DNA from: Octopus vulgaris
Lineage: Eukaryota
Assembly (NCBI GenBank): GCA_951406725.2
Contig: OX597828.1
Coordinates: 50,406,001-50,470,000, forward strand
Length of the DNA stretch: 64,000 bases
Direction: 5' to 3'
In this document: piece after piece, positions 13,517 through 27,340 of the stretch
Numbering within the stretch: position 1 is the stretch's first letter
Layout of the letters: every line of letters begins with the position of its first letter
Translations under genes and position numbers: made by a program
Notes under the pieces: model-generated
Database searches by the model: none
Told to the model about the DNA's origin: nothing
The model's input: only the letters and a program-made list of their open reading frames with translations

Positions 13517-13973
13517 ATAGTTATAGCATAGTACGATGTGAAACGAGCCTTGTACAGGAAGTTAGTAAGCATCAAGCATATACACAATTCGTTTTTATGA
13601 AAACAAGCAGAAAATATACGATAAAGAAAATTTAATAAGCGTATGTTATACACTTCGTCCTATATATCGAAATCGATACATCTATAATGCCTGGCCCACT
13701 GTTTTTCCCCTCTGGCGCTGGTAGTCTAACTACAATTAAGCTAACTGGATATTTGACTTAGCGTTTTCCACCTACCAATTTACTGTGAACAAATTAGTGA
13801 CTCATTTATCCTTCTCTGTACGATGATGTAAACAACTGTAGGTAGTTGGACCTGAGGCTTAGCTAAACCGTTTTTATCTGTGTTATAAATAATTTAAAAT
13901 GCATGAAGTTTAGCTTTGAAACACAGGTAGTTTTTATTTATCTTTTGATATGCCTTATTCCCTACATTCTTTG

Positions 13974-14017
<44 letters not shown>

Positions 14018-14886
14018 AGTTAAAATATTTTTTATTGATATATTTAAAGCTTTAACCGCCTTAAAGTGTTTTAGTTGAAGAAATCGACACTAGGACTTAT
14101 TCTTTTTGCAAGTCTAGTATGGATATGTGTATGAATATAATCCTCATGTGTTAAGTGTGTACGTTTTTTCTATCACTTATAATTTTATAATAATTTTCTC
14201 CTTTATATATTCGTTTTTGTTCCTACTTTTTTTCTGATTGTTTTCCGTACCCCGGGCTAGTTTTTGAGTAAGGTAACTCTCTCGAATACATCGGCCGGAC
14301 TTGTCTGTGATCGATGTATTTTCCTTTTTAAGTTCTCTTTGTTTTTTCTCTGCTTGTATTCGTTTTTCTTGTTTCAGCTCAGAGCTGCGGCCATGCTGAT
14401 GCACCGTACATTTTTACTTAAATATGATAACTTTTTTGAAACATGGTCTTGCCTATCACTTTTAGCCTCGTGTAATATATATATATATATATTTTGGTTT
14501 TTCCATATTAATATGTATATGTATAACTCTCTATGGTTTTTCTGCTAGTGCTCCTGTTACGTTATTTTCTACTAATACATACGTGGCCCTGTTTACATTA
14601 TACTTCGTCTCAACCTGTTGCAATTTTTAAAACATATTCGTTAGATTTTTATTCTAATTTTTATGTTATAGTTTACTGCACATATAGACGTGCATACACA
14701 TTGATATGTCTGTCTGTTTTCGCTTTCATCTCTCTCACTATTATTATTACTGTTATTTTTCCCCTTTACAACTTGCTTGTAAATATCTGATTTTTCCCTA
14801 TTACACCTTTTGTATTTCCCCTTATTATATCTTATTTTAATTTACTTTATTTTTTAAAACCTTTTTTGATGCCCTTCCAAAAATCC

Positions 14887-14993
14887 TTCAAACTGATGAG
14901 AATGACAATGCATAAATATAATTATAATTACTATGATTATAATTTTTTTCTTACATATTTGTATTGTCCTTTGAAACGCACGTATGTATTGAA
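14887..14993 (+). ncRNA. Type I hammerhead ribozyme, intact core with damaged stem I
   Basis: CTGATGA 14893-99, long stem II GAATGACAATGC...GTATTGTCCTTT, GAAA 14973-76, stem III ACGCACGT, GUA. Stem I TTCAA/TTGAA carries a 3-nt bulge. Confidence 0.7.
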
Positions 14994-15082
14994 TCCTATT
15001 TTGTATTAGATCTAATTTTGATGCAACATCCTTTTTCTCCTCCATTTTTTTATAATTGTTTATGGTATATGTATATATATAT

Positions 15083-15137
<55 letters not shown>

Positions 15138-15743
15138 CGGAGAGAGTGAGTGAGAGGATATTTCATCTACTAACTAGAGCTGTTAAGTGCCATCTCGAGT
15201 TTATTATATGTTGTTAGACATGCTTTATTTTTATTGTGATTTCCCTTCGTTTTATTATCCTTTTATGAAAATTCTACTCAGTTGTCAATCAAAACGTTCG
15301 CTTACTAACTTAGAATTCAGTTTTATCCGCTTCAAACATCCTTCTTTAAAATATTTCTCTAGTTATTTTCTAATTAGATGCCAGCCGAGTCTCCAAATAT
15401 TTGCTGTCATTGTGTTCTGTATGCCAAACGTCTCAACAGATGGCGCCGCTCTGTTTACTGATTAGTCTCTGCAACATAACTCAGGTGTTGTTTCACTTTC
15501 TATTTTATTTTATTTTATTTTTTGCCTTTTTTCTCTTCTTTACGTTTTGTCGTTTTTCAAAGTGGTTTCACATGCAGAGTTAAATAACTTCAAATGCAAA
15601 ATCACAGATAACACTTAAGAAGGCAGATCTCTCTACATACACATTTATACGTGCTTACGCATGTACACACACACACGTGCGCGCACACATGCACATACAC
15701 ACAATATATATATATGCCTACACAGACACAGACACAGACGAAC

Positions 15744-15811
<68 letters not shown>

Positions 15812-16800
15812 GTATATACATACATACATATATATATAAATAAATGCACACACCAAATAATCTATGCATCTTTAACTTTTACTTGCTTCAGTCATTAGTT
15901 GTGGCCATAGCTGGGGCATCGTCTTGAAGAATTTTTAGTCGAATGAGAATCATGTTGTGGGTCCTCGGAATACTCAGCCACTTACACATTAATGCGGGTG
16001 TAGGTAATTCTCTGTCCTAGTCGTCGCATGATGGGGATCATCCACGACGACGACGACGACGACGACGACCACCACCACCACCACCACCAGTAACTCCAGC
16101 AGCAGCAGCTCCACCACCACCACCACCACCACCACCACCGTTAGAAGAATAGCAGGAAATATGATGGGGAATATATAGAATAATTCCTTTGATCTCTATT
16201 TCGTTGTATTTTTCAATAGTAAACCGTATAATATTTCATTTGCCACCAAGGATAATGAATAAGATATCTAGGTACTACTCTAGAATTCAAGAATGGGAAA
16301 ACGTTTCCTGGGTCTGTTGTGAGATTAGTGATTCTGTTTTTCACATCGTGAGATACCAATTTGCCTATACACGGTCGGCAGTTTGTGTCATTTCTTTAGA
16401 GCGCACCTATTAATTATGAAAGTAGTCACGCTATCTAATGGTATCTCGGTGTTGGTGCACCTTGACTACTCAAGAATGTGCAGGTTAAAATGGAAACAGT
16501 TGCACACAATGTTGCAGCAGAGGAGCAACCAGGAATAATGATCTGGATGAGCCCCTTCCACTTGGAGTGTTAGGAGTTAAAGGTCGAAACACTTGCGAGA
16601 GTTTAACACCTAAAGTATGAACAAAGTTATCCCAATATCCGCCGGCCCTTTCAGCAGGTTCTCTAGCAATAAACATGTGACCGGCCTCTAGTTATTAAAT
16701 TCACCTCTCTTTGTCTTGTATTTCAACATAAAACTGTTCCTCCGTTTTCCCTAGTTTCTTAACTAACCAGTAAGCATCTTTATAGCAACACCTATAGATA

Positions 16801-17183
16801 GTAGGAGCACTCCGTCAGTTGCGACGATGAGGGTCCCAGCTGATACGATCAACGGAACAGCTTGTTCGTGATATTAACGTGCAAGTGGCTGAGCACTCCA
16901 CAGACACGTGTACCCTTAACGTAGTTCTCGAGGAGATTCAGCGTGACGCAGATTGTGACAAGGCTGGCCCTTTGAAATACAAGTACAAGAGAAACAGGGA
17001 GAAAGAGCGAGAGAAATTTGTGGTGAAAGAGTACAGCAGGGTTCACAACCATCCCCTGCCGGAGCCTCGTGGAGCTTTAGGTGTTTTCGCTCAATAAACA
17101 CTCACAATGCCCGGTCTGGGAATCGAAACCGCGATCCTCCGACCACGAGTCCGCTGCCCTAACCACTGGGCCATTGCGCCTCC
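16801..17183 (-). mobile_element. SINE family C head with an alternative 3' module
   Basis: 13-bp TSD ACACCTATAGATA (16788-16800, 17184-17196), with A and B boxes. Confidence 0.85.
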
Positions 17184-18210
17184 ACACCTATAGATAACAT
17201 ATCTTGTCAAAAAGGTGAGTCAGCAAGTTTTGAAACCCACACAGACACGAAAGCTTCACAAATTAGTAATTTGTGCGTTTCTTGTGTTTTCGTAACAGCA
17301 AATGTACGTGAACCTGCTTTGTTGTGCTTTGATAATAATATTCTCGTTGTTAACTCTTAAGTCGTCATTGCATCTCTGTTTCTTATTTCCAGTGTTTAAT
17401 CAATAGTGTTTACTCAACCGCATTTCTCACTTCATTTATTGTCTTTCTTTTATTCAGTTAAGTTGTTGATAGATTAGCCTTCTATTGTTTCTAAACATTC
17501 TTTAGATCGTTTGATCTACACTAACTATTTACTCATTTTGTCCGCCTCCGTCCATTTTCGTTTTATTTCTTTTATTAGAATCCTTTTATCTTATTCTTTA
17601 TTTCCTTTCCGATAGTTTATGCATTTTGTTTTCGTTGTTCTCGTAGAAACAAATAAAACAAAGAATTCCTTTCATATATTCCAGTTATTTTACTTATCAA
17701 TTCAGTAATTCTGCTGTGGCGATTGTTTTTATTATTCTCTTCTTTTTTACTATAATTTATATTCAATAAATCCTATTTATACACCAGCTACAACTCCATA
17801 ATATAACACAATTAGTAAAAGTCACGTTATTTTCCAAGGTTATCATTAACTCTTCTCCCTTCTACATGTCATCGTCGGTTCTCATGTAACCTTTATGATG
17901 GTAATCTTTTACGGTAATGCTTCCTTATTTCTGTATGACTTTTTAAATCATTATTTTATCTAAAGAGTTCCTTTGCCATCTGTAACACTTTCAAAACATG
18001 TAATCAATATTCATTAACAGCAATCTTTTGTTATTCCAATTCCTTTGTCATTCATACAATGACATAGTGGGTTTTCTTTCCTTTTGATCTTATACTTTCA
18101 GTGTTATTTCGCAAATCTTTTTATTATATACTTTCAATAGACGACAGAGATCGGCTCTGTGCAATGGTGTTTGTTTCGATCGAGTGGTTTTCATCTTTAT
18201 CCGTTTACCA

Positions 18211-18550
18211 GTTTCGCACTTTCAGCTGATTCTCGACTATCGTAGTTAAACACCTCCACCAGACCCATGGATGCCGCAGTTTCACACCACTAGCTGATCC
18301 TTGGGTGCCGCAGTTCAACTCCTTCACTTAGTCCATGGGTGTCACGGTTTGGTTCATTCTCATTATATTTGATTGTCATGGTTTGATATTTGTACCTGAT
18401 CTATAGAAGCTGCAGCTTAACTCCGCGATCTGGTCCTTGGCGGTCATGGTATAACACCTCTGCTTGGTTCTTTGATACCGCAATTTAGCTCCCCCACCTG
18501 TTTTGGGGGCACCGTGGTTTAACACTCTACATGATCTTTGGTTGCACTCA
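18211..18550. repeat. Highly diverged 34-bp tandem array, 10 units
   Basis: Example units GTTAAACACCTCCACCAGACCCATGGATGCCGCA and GTTTCACACCACTAGCTGATCCTTGGGTGCCGCA. Confidence 0.75.
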
Positions 18551-19319
18551 GTGACTGAATCATTTCTATTCTAAATATTTCTCTGGTATGTAAATAGCTT
18601 CCTTCTTTCGACCAACTAGTCTTAAAAATTCTGAAAAGAACCTTGGCATTTACCGTTTCCTCTTAACCTAGCATCAACAATTTCTAAGCAACGGGGAAAA
18701 AAACAACAAGAACAACTAAAGAAACTGTCTACTACATGATTGTACTATTTTCCGATTTTTGTTGTGAATGTATAGAACTCTAACAGTTTTAGCAATAATT
18801 TTGCTTGTTTCCGTTTTTTCCTTTTCTCAAGACATTTCTTATTATGAAGGATTATTCCTTTATTTAAATGTGATCTAAAACAAAGATCTGTACCCACTGT
18901 TGTCGAAGTTCTGAATCCGAGCAATTTGGTGCATTTAATGTTAACATTTTCAATCCCCACATTCTGAATATCTATATTTCCAGATCTTAATGTTTTAATA
19001 AAATTCTTCCATTTTTCTGTGAAAGACAACGCGATGCTTTTTTTCTTTACTTACAACCATTTTACCTAACCATGCTCACTTTACCAGCATCACTAAGGCA
19101 GTAAGCTAACAACCACCAGCATATATTTCATACTTTTCCCATGATATTTGTAGTTTCATTTTCAATTAAGTTTCCAGATTTGAGTTTTTTGCTGTTTTTA
19201 TTTATTACTTTTCCATTATTAGAAGGTAAGCTTTTGGCTTTTAATATTTTCTCTTAATTAGATTTTTCATTTTTACTGGGTTTTTTTACCAACTTAGCTA
19301 TTTTATAACATTACTTCTC

Positions 19320-19615
19320 CACTTCCTCCCCTTCCTCCTCCTCTCTTCCTCCTCCTCCTCCTCCTCCTCCCCTTCTTCCTTCTCCCCTTCCTCCTTCTCC
19401 TCCCCTTCTTCCTTCTCTCCTTCCTCCTTCTCCTCCCCTTTCTTCTCGTTCCCTTACTCCTTCTCTTCCCTTTCCTCCTTCTCCTCCTCTTTCTCCTTCT
19501 TCCCCCCTTCCTCCTTCTTCGCCCCTTCTCCCCCCTTCCTCCTTCTACTCCCTCCTCTCACCTCCCCCTCCTCCACTCCCTCCAATCTACCCACTCACCT
19601 CCTCCTCCCTCCCTC
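19320..19615. repeat. Polypyrimidine (CCT/CTT) tract
   Basis: Seen directly. Confidence 0.9.
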
Positions 19616-19621
19616 CGTTTC

Positions 19622-20850
19622 AGTGGTCTTGGGAATTAGGATAATTTTCCCTCCCAAGAGCCATTCAGGCATTGTCTATGGCTGTGCTAGTATTTCATAA
19701 AAAAATTTTCAGCCAGCACTTTATGTATTCCTGTTAGGTGTTTTAACCAGAAGTTGGGGATCTTGACGTGCCCGGGTGCTTTCCTGTTGCTTAGTTTTCT
19801 GCAGTGCTTGGTTGATCTCTTCAGTTGTTATAGGGTTCAGATGCTGTGTTCGTTGTTTCCTTCGAAAATTGTTCCTCTTCTGCTGTTGGTGCCGCATTGA
19901 TCTCTATTTTATTTTTGCCGAGTTCTTAGTAGAACCTTTTGGGTTGGAACTGAACTGTTTGCTTTGTTCAAAGAAACGTTGGCGTTTCTCAAACCGACGG
20001 ATTCTTTGTGCTTTGGCGAGGATATCTTCCTTTAGCTGTTATTTTTTTTTACCTCGGGTGTACCTTGTTCCATAATTTTGTATTTACGTAGTAATTTTCT
20101 TCTCTTGTTGCTTAGTAGTGTTGATTGTCTACTAATTTAATAAAAGATTGACAGATCCTTTCTCTTATTTTCTAGTTTTTCTGGATATTATTTATCCACA
20201 GGGTTCCTTTGGGTGCTGACACTTCTGTTTGGATGGGTTTTAGTGGGTATCCAGCTTCTTTTGTGGCCGCAGATTCTGTTGCTTATATAATTTAACCTGG
20301 TCATATTCATATTTATTTCTGTGGCTACTAGTTCTGTGACGGCCAGGTTCATGTTATCTATTATTGATGTTTCATTATCAATTTTAATTTTTGGATCGTA
20401 CAATCGGTGGTCCTTACTGAGATCTGTTGCTTTCAATTCTTTGATTATGCTCATTTTTAGAGTATCATAATCATTAGTTTCACCATCACTTTTTCCAGGT
20501 TTTAGATTTGTTTCGTATTTCCTCCCTTTCTTATTTTTGTCTGTGATGTTCTGGTTTGGTGCATTTTGCTCATCATTATACATTCTTACGGTCTGGCTTT
20601 GTTGTCTTTCGTTGTTTACTTCGTTTTTCTTGGGCATGTTAAGTCTGTCTTCCTATTTTACAGTCCCAGTGCTTATGATATCATTTGGCATTGCTGTGTG
20701 GTTACTATTTACGTTAACCCGAATGTATTTTTCCCCTTTTAGTATTCTATTTCTATTTCTGATATTTATTTTGTTTTGAAAATATATCTCCGTATGTCAG
20801 CTAGTTTATTAGGGTTCATTGCTCCATCCAAATCTTTATTTAGATTATTG
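19622..20850 (-). mobile_element. Decayed R4/Dong-type LINE, N-terminal to pre-RT region
   Basis: The minus strand encodes KLADIRRYIFK (~20790), KAPGHVKIPNFWLK (~19760) and PEWLLGGKIILIPK (~19650), with stops and frameshifts. Confidence 0.7.
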
Positions 20851-20934
20851 TTCTTCCAGTTTTTATGTATATGTTGTTGTGTTTTCGTTCTGCGGGTAGG
20901 GCTCTGCTATAAAAATAAGCGTGCAGGATTGAAA

Positions 20935-21130
20935 TATATTCCTCACGTGTCCATTTATACACTTTTGATGTTATCTGTGGGACACGAGACCACCTATAAG
21001 TACTGGGATACATTTTACCATAGCCCCTGTAATTCAATAGCAAAGTCCTGGTACTTGGCTATTCTCATATTTCCTTCATTTGGGACTGTTAAGTCAATTA
21101 TCTGGCACTTTCTATTCTCTTTATCGACCG

Positions 21131-21216
<86 letters not shown>

Positions 21217-21885
21217 GCTACTACTGCTACTACTAATACCAAATCAGGTCTTCTAGCTTCTGTTACTCTGTCAGTCTGAATGTTGAAGTCCCATAACATC
21301 TTATATTTCGTACTTTTTAGTACTTTACTAAGGTCATGTTCATACCATTTATCATTATGTTCAAATCTTAGCTTTCTACATAGCTCCCAATGGATTACTC
21401 TCCCTAGATTATCAGGTATTTTCTTGGATTCTCTCTGTGCCAGCATGCTACGTTCACTTACTATATGAGTAATGCTTTCTTCTTTTGATTTACATAACCT
21501 ACATAGGGAATCCATTTGGTTTTTGCCTATTTTGGCTTTTAACCAATTAGTCCTTAATGCTGGATCTTGTGCAGCTACTAACGGATTTTCTGTCTCCCTC
21601 TTCATCTCTCCTTCCTGCAACCATAACCGCGTCTCCTTACTACTATTTGCTGCAACTATCTTTGTGAACCTACCATGCAACGCCTTCTCCTAACAGTCAG
21701 ATAATTTCTGTTCTTTTTTCTGGCTTGAACTTCGTCTGAATTTTTGGTTTCCCTATGTCTTGCTGTGACCCTAACAGCTTTTAATAAACTTTCTGTTACC
21801 TATATAGGCGTCTATATCTATTCTAGCTAACTGATATTAACCCCTTCCTCTTTCCTTTCAAGGTAGGTGTAATCTTTCTACTCCT
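20935..21885 (-). mobile_element. Decayed R4/Dong-type LINE C-terminus (CCHC and RLE)
   Basis: ORF 21015-21680: HGRF, ETENPLVAAQD, CRLCKSKEESITHIVSE, LWDFNIQTDR, RRPDLVLV...IIDLTVP, KYQD. Confidence 0.85.
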
Positions 21886-21932
21886 GCTATCATCATCATC
21901 ATCATCATCATCATCACCATTATTATTATTAT

Positions 21933-22745
<813 letters not shown>

Positions 22746-23383
22746 CGCAACAAGAAGGTATACTGATATACAGCTCAGCATGCTTTTTACTTAACCTCAT
22801 CATTTTCCAATGTCTTTGGTCCCTGTTTGCATGATTCCCGCCCCCTTTCTTAAGAAGTGTGCCCCAGCTTATTTCTTAGAGTGTAGTTGTTTCTATACCA
22901 ATAGATGGACACTATATTTTTTCCCGGAATCTACAAAATCGTAATTTTTCTGGAAAAACTGTTGCCGAACAGTTCCATAATGATATTCGACGTAACAAAA
23001 CAAGAGATTGAGAATATTAAAAAAAACAGGAAATGTTGCAGAGGGAATGTAATATGGATTCTCTTTTACGAAGCTGAGCGTTCTCGAGGCTCAGAAATGG
23101 ACAATAATGTCGTTGTTATGGTGACCAAACCAATTAAGCCAATTACTGATACTAGCGAACACAAAAGAAATACCACTAAGACTACTGGCACCACCATCAC
23201 AACGACGGCGGCGACGACGACGACGACGACCACCACCACCACCACCACGGCCAACACCATCGTCATCACCACCATCACCCTCACCTCATCCACCATACCA
23301 CCACACTCATCAAGCCCACATCAACCACCATCAACATCAATACTTGCAACAACATTTACAGTGAGAACATAAAAGAAGTATTT

Positions 23384-23560
23384 CAGTTCTATATTTAAGA
23401 GATGAGGAATTATGTACATTATTTACTTTACTTACATTCGATGGATATTTATCCTCATCTTGTTTGTTGTTAACGTTTCGGCTGATATATCCTCCAGCCT
23501 TCTTCAGGTGTCTTGGGGAAATTTCGAACCTGGGTTCTCATTCCCAAGGTATTTTTCGAT

Positions 23561-23612
<52 letters not shown>

Positions 23613-23694
23613 GTGTTCAGGTCACTGCTTGGAATCGAACTCGGAATCTTGGGGTTAGTAGCCCGCGCTCTTAACTACTACGCCATATTCCCGT
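23384..23694 (-). mobile_element. tRNA-headed short element ending in a hammerhead-like motif
   Basis: A-box TGGCGTAGTAG, anticodon arm GGG-CTACTAA-CCC, B-box GTTCGATTCC, an internal (TAA)n, then CTGAAGA-A-GGCTG...CAGCC-GAAACGTT. Confidence 0.7.
23468..23512 (-). ncRNA. Minimal hammerhead motif, 3' strand of stem I missing
   Basis: ACAC-CTGAAGA-A-GGCTG-loop-CAGCC-GAAA-CG-TT. No GTGT follows the cleavage site in this copy. Confidence 0.6.
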
Positions 23695-24175
23695 AGGATG
23701 AAGGTATGGCGTAGTGAATATGACGTAGGGGGTTAAAGACGTATATAAGAATTTCCCAGATTAACGACTATAAATAATACAACACTGATCTAGTTCACAA
23801 CTGAATTCTCTGTTGCTTGTCCGATCCAGCTGTAGCAATAGCAATACAAAGAAGGCCAGCTTATTTGCATGGAGTGTTAGATATGCTTCGGCTGCTGCTG
23901 CTGCTGCTACTGCTGCACAGGTACCCGATGAAGCTGCGCCACTCGCAGTGATTCTTACCTAGTGAATGGTTCATGCCATCCAACTGCGTCACAAGATGAG
24001 ATGGACGTCCCGGGTAAATTTCTCGGTGTATTGTTCGGTTCAGATCTCTAAGCAGATAAAAGTGGGACAACGTGACGAGCAGAGTGGACAGGTGCACCCA
24101 TAAATAGGCCGAGACGACGTTATTCCTGAAAGGTCAGGCAAATGTGGCAAATTCACACATCATCTCCATCACATA

Positions 24176-24388
24176 CGAGGGGTTGCTGAAAAGTTCCTGG
24201 CTTTAAGGGGATCATGATGACCTGGTTGGAGACCCAACCTTCTGAGTTCTTTTATGGGGCTTAGAGAAACCGAAGGACTGTTGCAATAAGTGTGTGACTC
24301 TGAGAAGGAAATATGTTCAATAAAATCATAATTAACTGATCCTCCTGTATTTTATTTTACTCAGTCAGGAACTTTTCAGCATCCCCCG
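24176..24388. mobile_element. mariner-derived MITE
   Basis: TIRs CGAGGGGTTGCTGAAAAGTTCCTGGC / GTCAGGAACTTTTCAGCATCCCCCG, with TA on both sides. Confidence 0.75.
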
Positions 24389-24560
24389 TAACTTAGCGGT
24401 TCGCCAAAAGATATCGATAGTATAAGTACCAGACTTAAACACATACACACACAAAAAAAATACTAGGGTCGATACATTCGACTATAAAATTCTTCAAGGC
24501 GGTGCCCCAGCATGGCCTAAGTCTAATGACTGAAACGAGTAAAAGATAAAATATAAAATA
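24385..24560 (+). mobile_element. SINE family A 3' half
   Basis: CCCGTAACTTAGCGGTTCG...GGCGGTGCCCCAGCATGGCC...GACTGAAAC. Confidence 0.65.
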
Positions 24561-24574
24561 AAATCCCCTCATAT

Positions 24575-25080
24575 TTCCGCTAAACTCTTGTCCAAGTGTC
24601 AACAGCCGGGCCTACTCAAGATGTGCGCAGAGCGACGAAACTGTTCTCCCCGAACTCGTCTTGTGCCCTAGTATTGCTGAGATGAGTGTTTTTTTTCGAA
24701 TACCTTCTGTCGGGTATTGGACGAATCCTGCTATCGGCTGAGTCCATTGCGAAGATCGTTTCGCCTCATTCCTTTGACTGGGTGGGACAGGCAGTGCTTA
24801 TCTATTTGATGGCCTTAGCAAAAGAGGTGATGTACTTGACCAGATTGAAAGAGCCAAAAACAGAAAACTTCCTCTTTGGTCAAGTTCTCATCAACATTTC
24901 CAAGTTCCATTTGTAGAGGAAACTGGGAATAGAGGGAAAGGCGTTGTTTTCCAGCAAATTTGACGAAAGGTGGTGAACGATGGTCCGAGTGCACAGGCCT
25001 GCTCTAAACATGTACCTAAAAACCGAGGGACGAGGATGAGAATAGGGCACTTTCCTTAGTGGTCAGGGTAATTGTTGTTT
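24575..25080 (+). mobile_element. Decayed L1/Tx1-like LINE C-terminus
   Basis: RCAQSDETVL...LCP (degenerate CCHC), followed by ORF 24686-24916 (MALAKEVMYLTR...KFHL). Confidence 0.45.
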
Positions 25081-25294
25081 TGTGAGGTTTCTTTGAGCAG
25101 CGCCTGGCAGTCTCCTCACTTGTGTTTGAATATTCGCTTCTTCGTTTTTGGTAAATTTTCGTTTTCCGCCTTCATATAACTCTGCTTCATGTAACATCGT
25201 ATAATTTGGTATTGTATCGTCCCGTACCGTCCTGTACCGTCCCCAATCTGCTTGTAAACCCTTAGTGGTAAATATAAAAATAATCAGCATTTTG

Positions 25295-26140
25295 TTCGCA
25301 CACCGGACAAAATAGTTTGCGGCAGTTCGGCCTTCTACCGTCTGAGTTCAAATTCCACCGAGGTCGATTTTGCCTTTCATCCTTTCGGGGTCAATAAAAT
25401 AAGTTCCAGTCAAGTACTGGGGTCGATGTAATAGACTCACCTTCTCCCAACAAAATTTCAAGCCTTGTATCTATAGTAGATAGAATTATTAGTACAGGGG
25501 GCTGGTAGAATCCTTAGCGTATCGGAAGAAATGCTTCGCAGCATTTCTTTCGGTTCTTTACATTCTAGGTTCAAATTTCGCCGAGATCAACTTTACCCAT
25601 CATCCCTCCGCGGTCAATAGGATGAGATACTAACCAAGTACTGGGGTCGATGGAATCGGGTAACACCCTACTCCAAAACTGCTGGCCTTGTGTTTAGAAT
25701 AGAAGCATATATTTAGGCGCTGTGTTTAAAACAGAAGCAAATATTTAGGCGTTGAGCTTGCAGAATCGTTGGAGCATCGAAAAAATTGTTTTGTGAAATT
25801 TGTTCCGGTTCCTGGTATTCTGAGTACAAAATCCCACCGGAGTAAACTTTGCAGTTTATTCTCCCAGTGCCAATAAAATAAAGTACGAGTCAAGTACTGG
25901 GATCACTGGTACCGCCTGATACCCCCCACCTCAAAACTGCTGGTCTTGTAATTTATTCAGCAACTATTATTATTTTCTTTATTGAAACCGGTGTGGATAG
26001 GCAGATTTCGTCGGATGTTAGATTAGCAGGTCGTGCGGTATTTCATTACTTTTGGTATTTTTCTGAGTTCAAATCCTTGGATCGCCGTTCATCCATCGGG
26101 CGTCAATGAAATAATTAACGATCAAAAACTGAGTTTTATC
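25295..26140 (+). mobile_element. Cluster of about 4 old head-to-tail SINE B copies
   Basis: Repeated GAGTTCAAAT...CATCC...GGTCAAT...AAGTACTGGG units. Confidence 0.65.
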
Positions 26141-26219
26141 ATTGATCTCCAATCGATGCCATAACAGCCAATACACCCAGCCACATATTTCTTTTTACAT
26201 TTCATTGCCAAAGTCAGGA

Positions 26220-26280
<61 letters not shown>

Positions 26281-26310
26281 ATACTACTACTACTGCTACT
26301 AATACTGCTG

Positions 26311-26345
<35 letters not shown>

Positions 26346-26346
26346 G

Positions 26347-26380
<34 letters not shown>

Positions 26381-26424
26381 CAATACTACTACTACTGCTA
26401 CTACTACTGCTGCTGCTGCTGCTG

Positions 26425-26477
<53 letters not shown>
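26220..26477. repeat. (CTA)n microsatellite
   Basis: Seen directly. Confidence 0.95.
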
Positions 26478-26479
<2 letters not shown>

Positions 26480-27054
26480 AAGTCTCGAAAAATACATTTC
26501 CATTTGTATCATGGTCTTTTCAAATATGTTCTTTCCGTATATTTTAAAACTACATATTTCAATATTTATGACTGTTTTATTGTAATCGTAAAAATTATAT
26601 ACAAGTGCAATAACAATAAAATCGATATAGACCAATGCAGAACGAACTAATTTCTATATTGTATCAACATTTTATTGATTTATTGGTGTTAAATATTTGT
26701 CATCTCTTTCTATGTGATGTCACAAGTATTTAATCTGCTATTGACACTTGTACTATTGTTATCTAGAAAAAAAATATTTTCTCTCTTTCTGTACACACAC
26801 ATACACACACACGCTTGTTCCCCACATTCACGCACACACACATGCACGTATGCACACACACACATATAATATAAAATTTTTAATTATTTTAAAAGCTTTT
26901 ATTCGTTGATTTACTATTAGATGATTGTAGTAAATCCACAATAATAAAGATACTTCTTTGTCAAGAAGATAAATATTTAATAAAAAGACCTGCACGGAAT
27001 GGTAAATATATTTTTAGAAATAGTTTACATAGTTTACTACTACTACTGCTGCTG

Positions 27055-27121
<67 letters not shown>

Positions 27122-27308
27122 CACCACCACCACCACTAAGTGGCATTCAGCACAGAAAGCGAGATCAATTGATACAGGAGTATCTACTCTCATCTTTCTA
27201 GTTTTACAAATGGGGGTGCGTGTTTACATATAGTGAGAGATGCGTGGCTTTGGAGAGTTTTAACTCTTCTTTCTAGCAAACAGGTGCATATTGAACCCTG
27301 AATTTTAA

Positions 27309-27340
<32 letters not shown>

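Noticed and set aside
16485-16676. 63-aa ORF as a host exon
   Set aside because: No recognisable domain or splice support; possibly a decayed LINE C-terminus.
18745-19029. 94-aa ORF resembling an APE N-terminus
   Set aside because: Catalytic motifs are not recognisable, so it is too weak to call.
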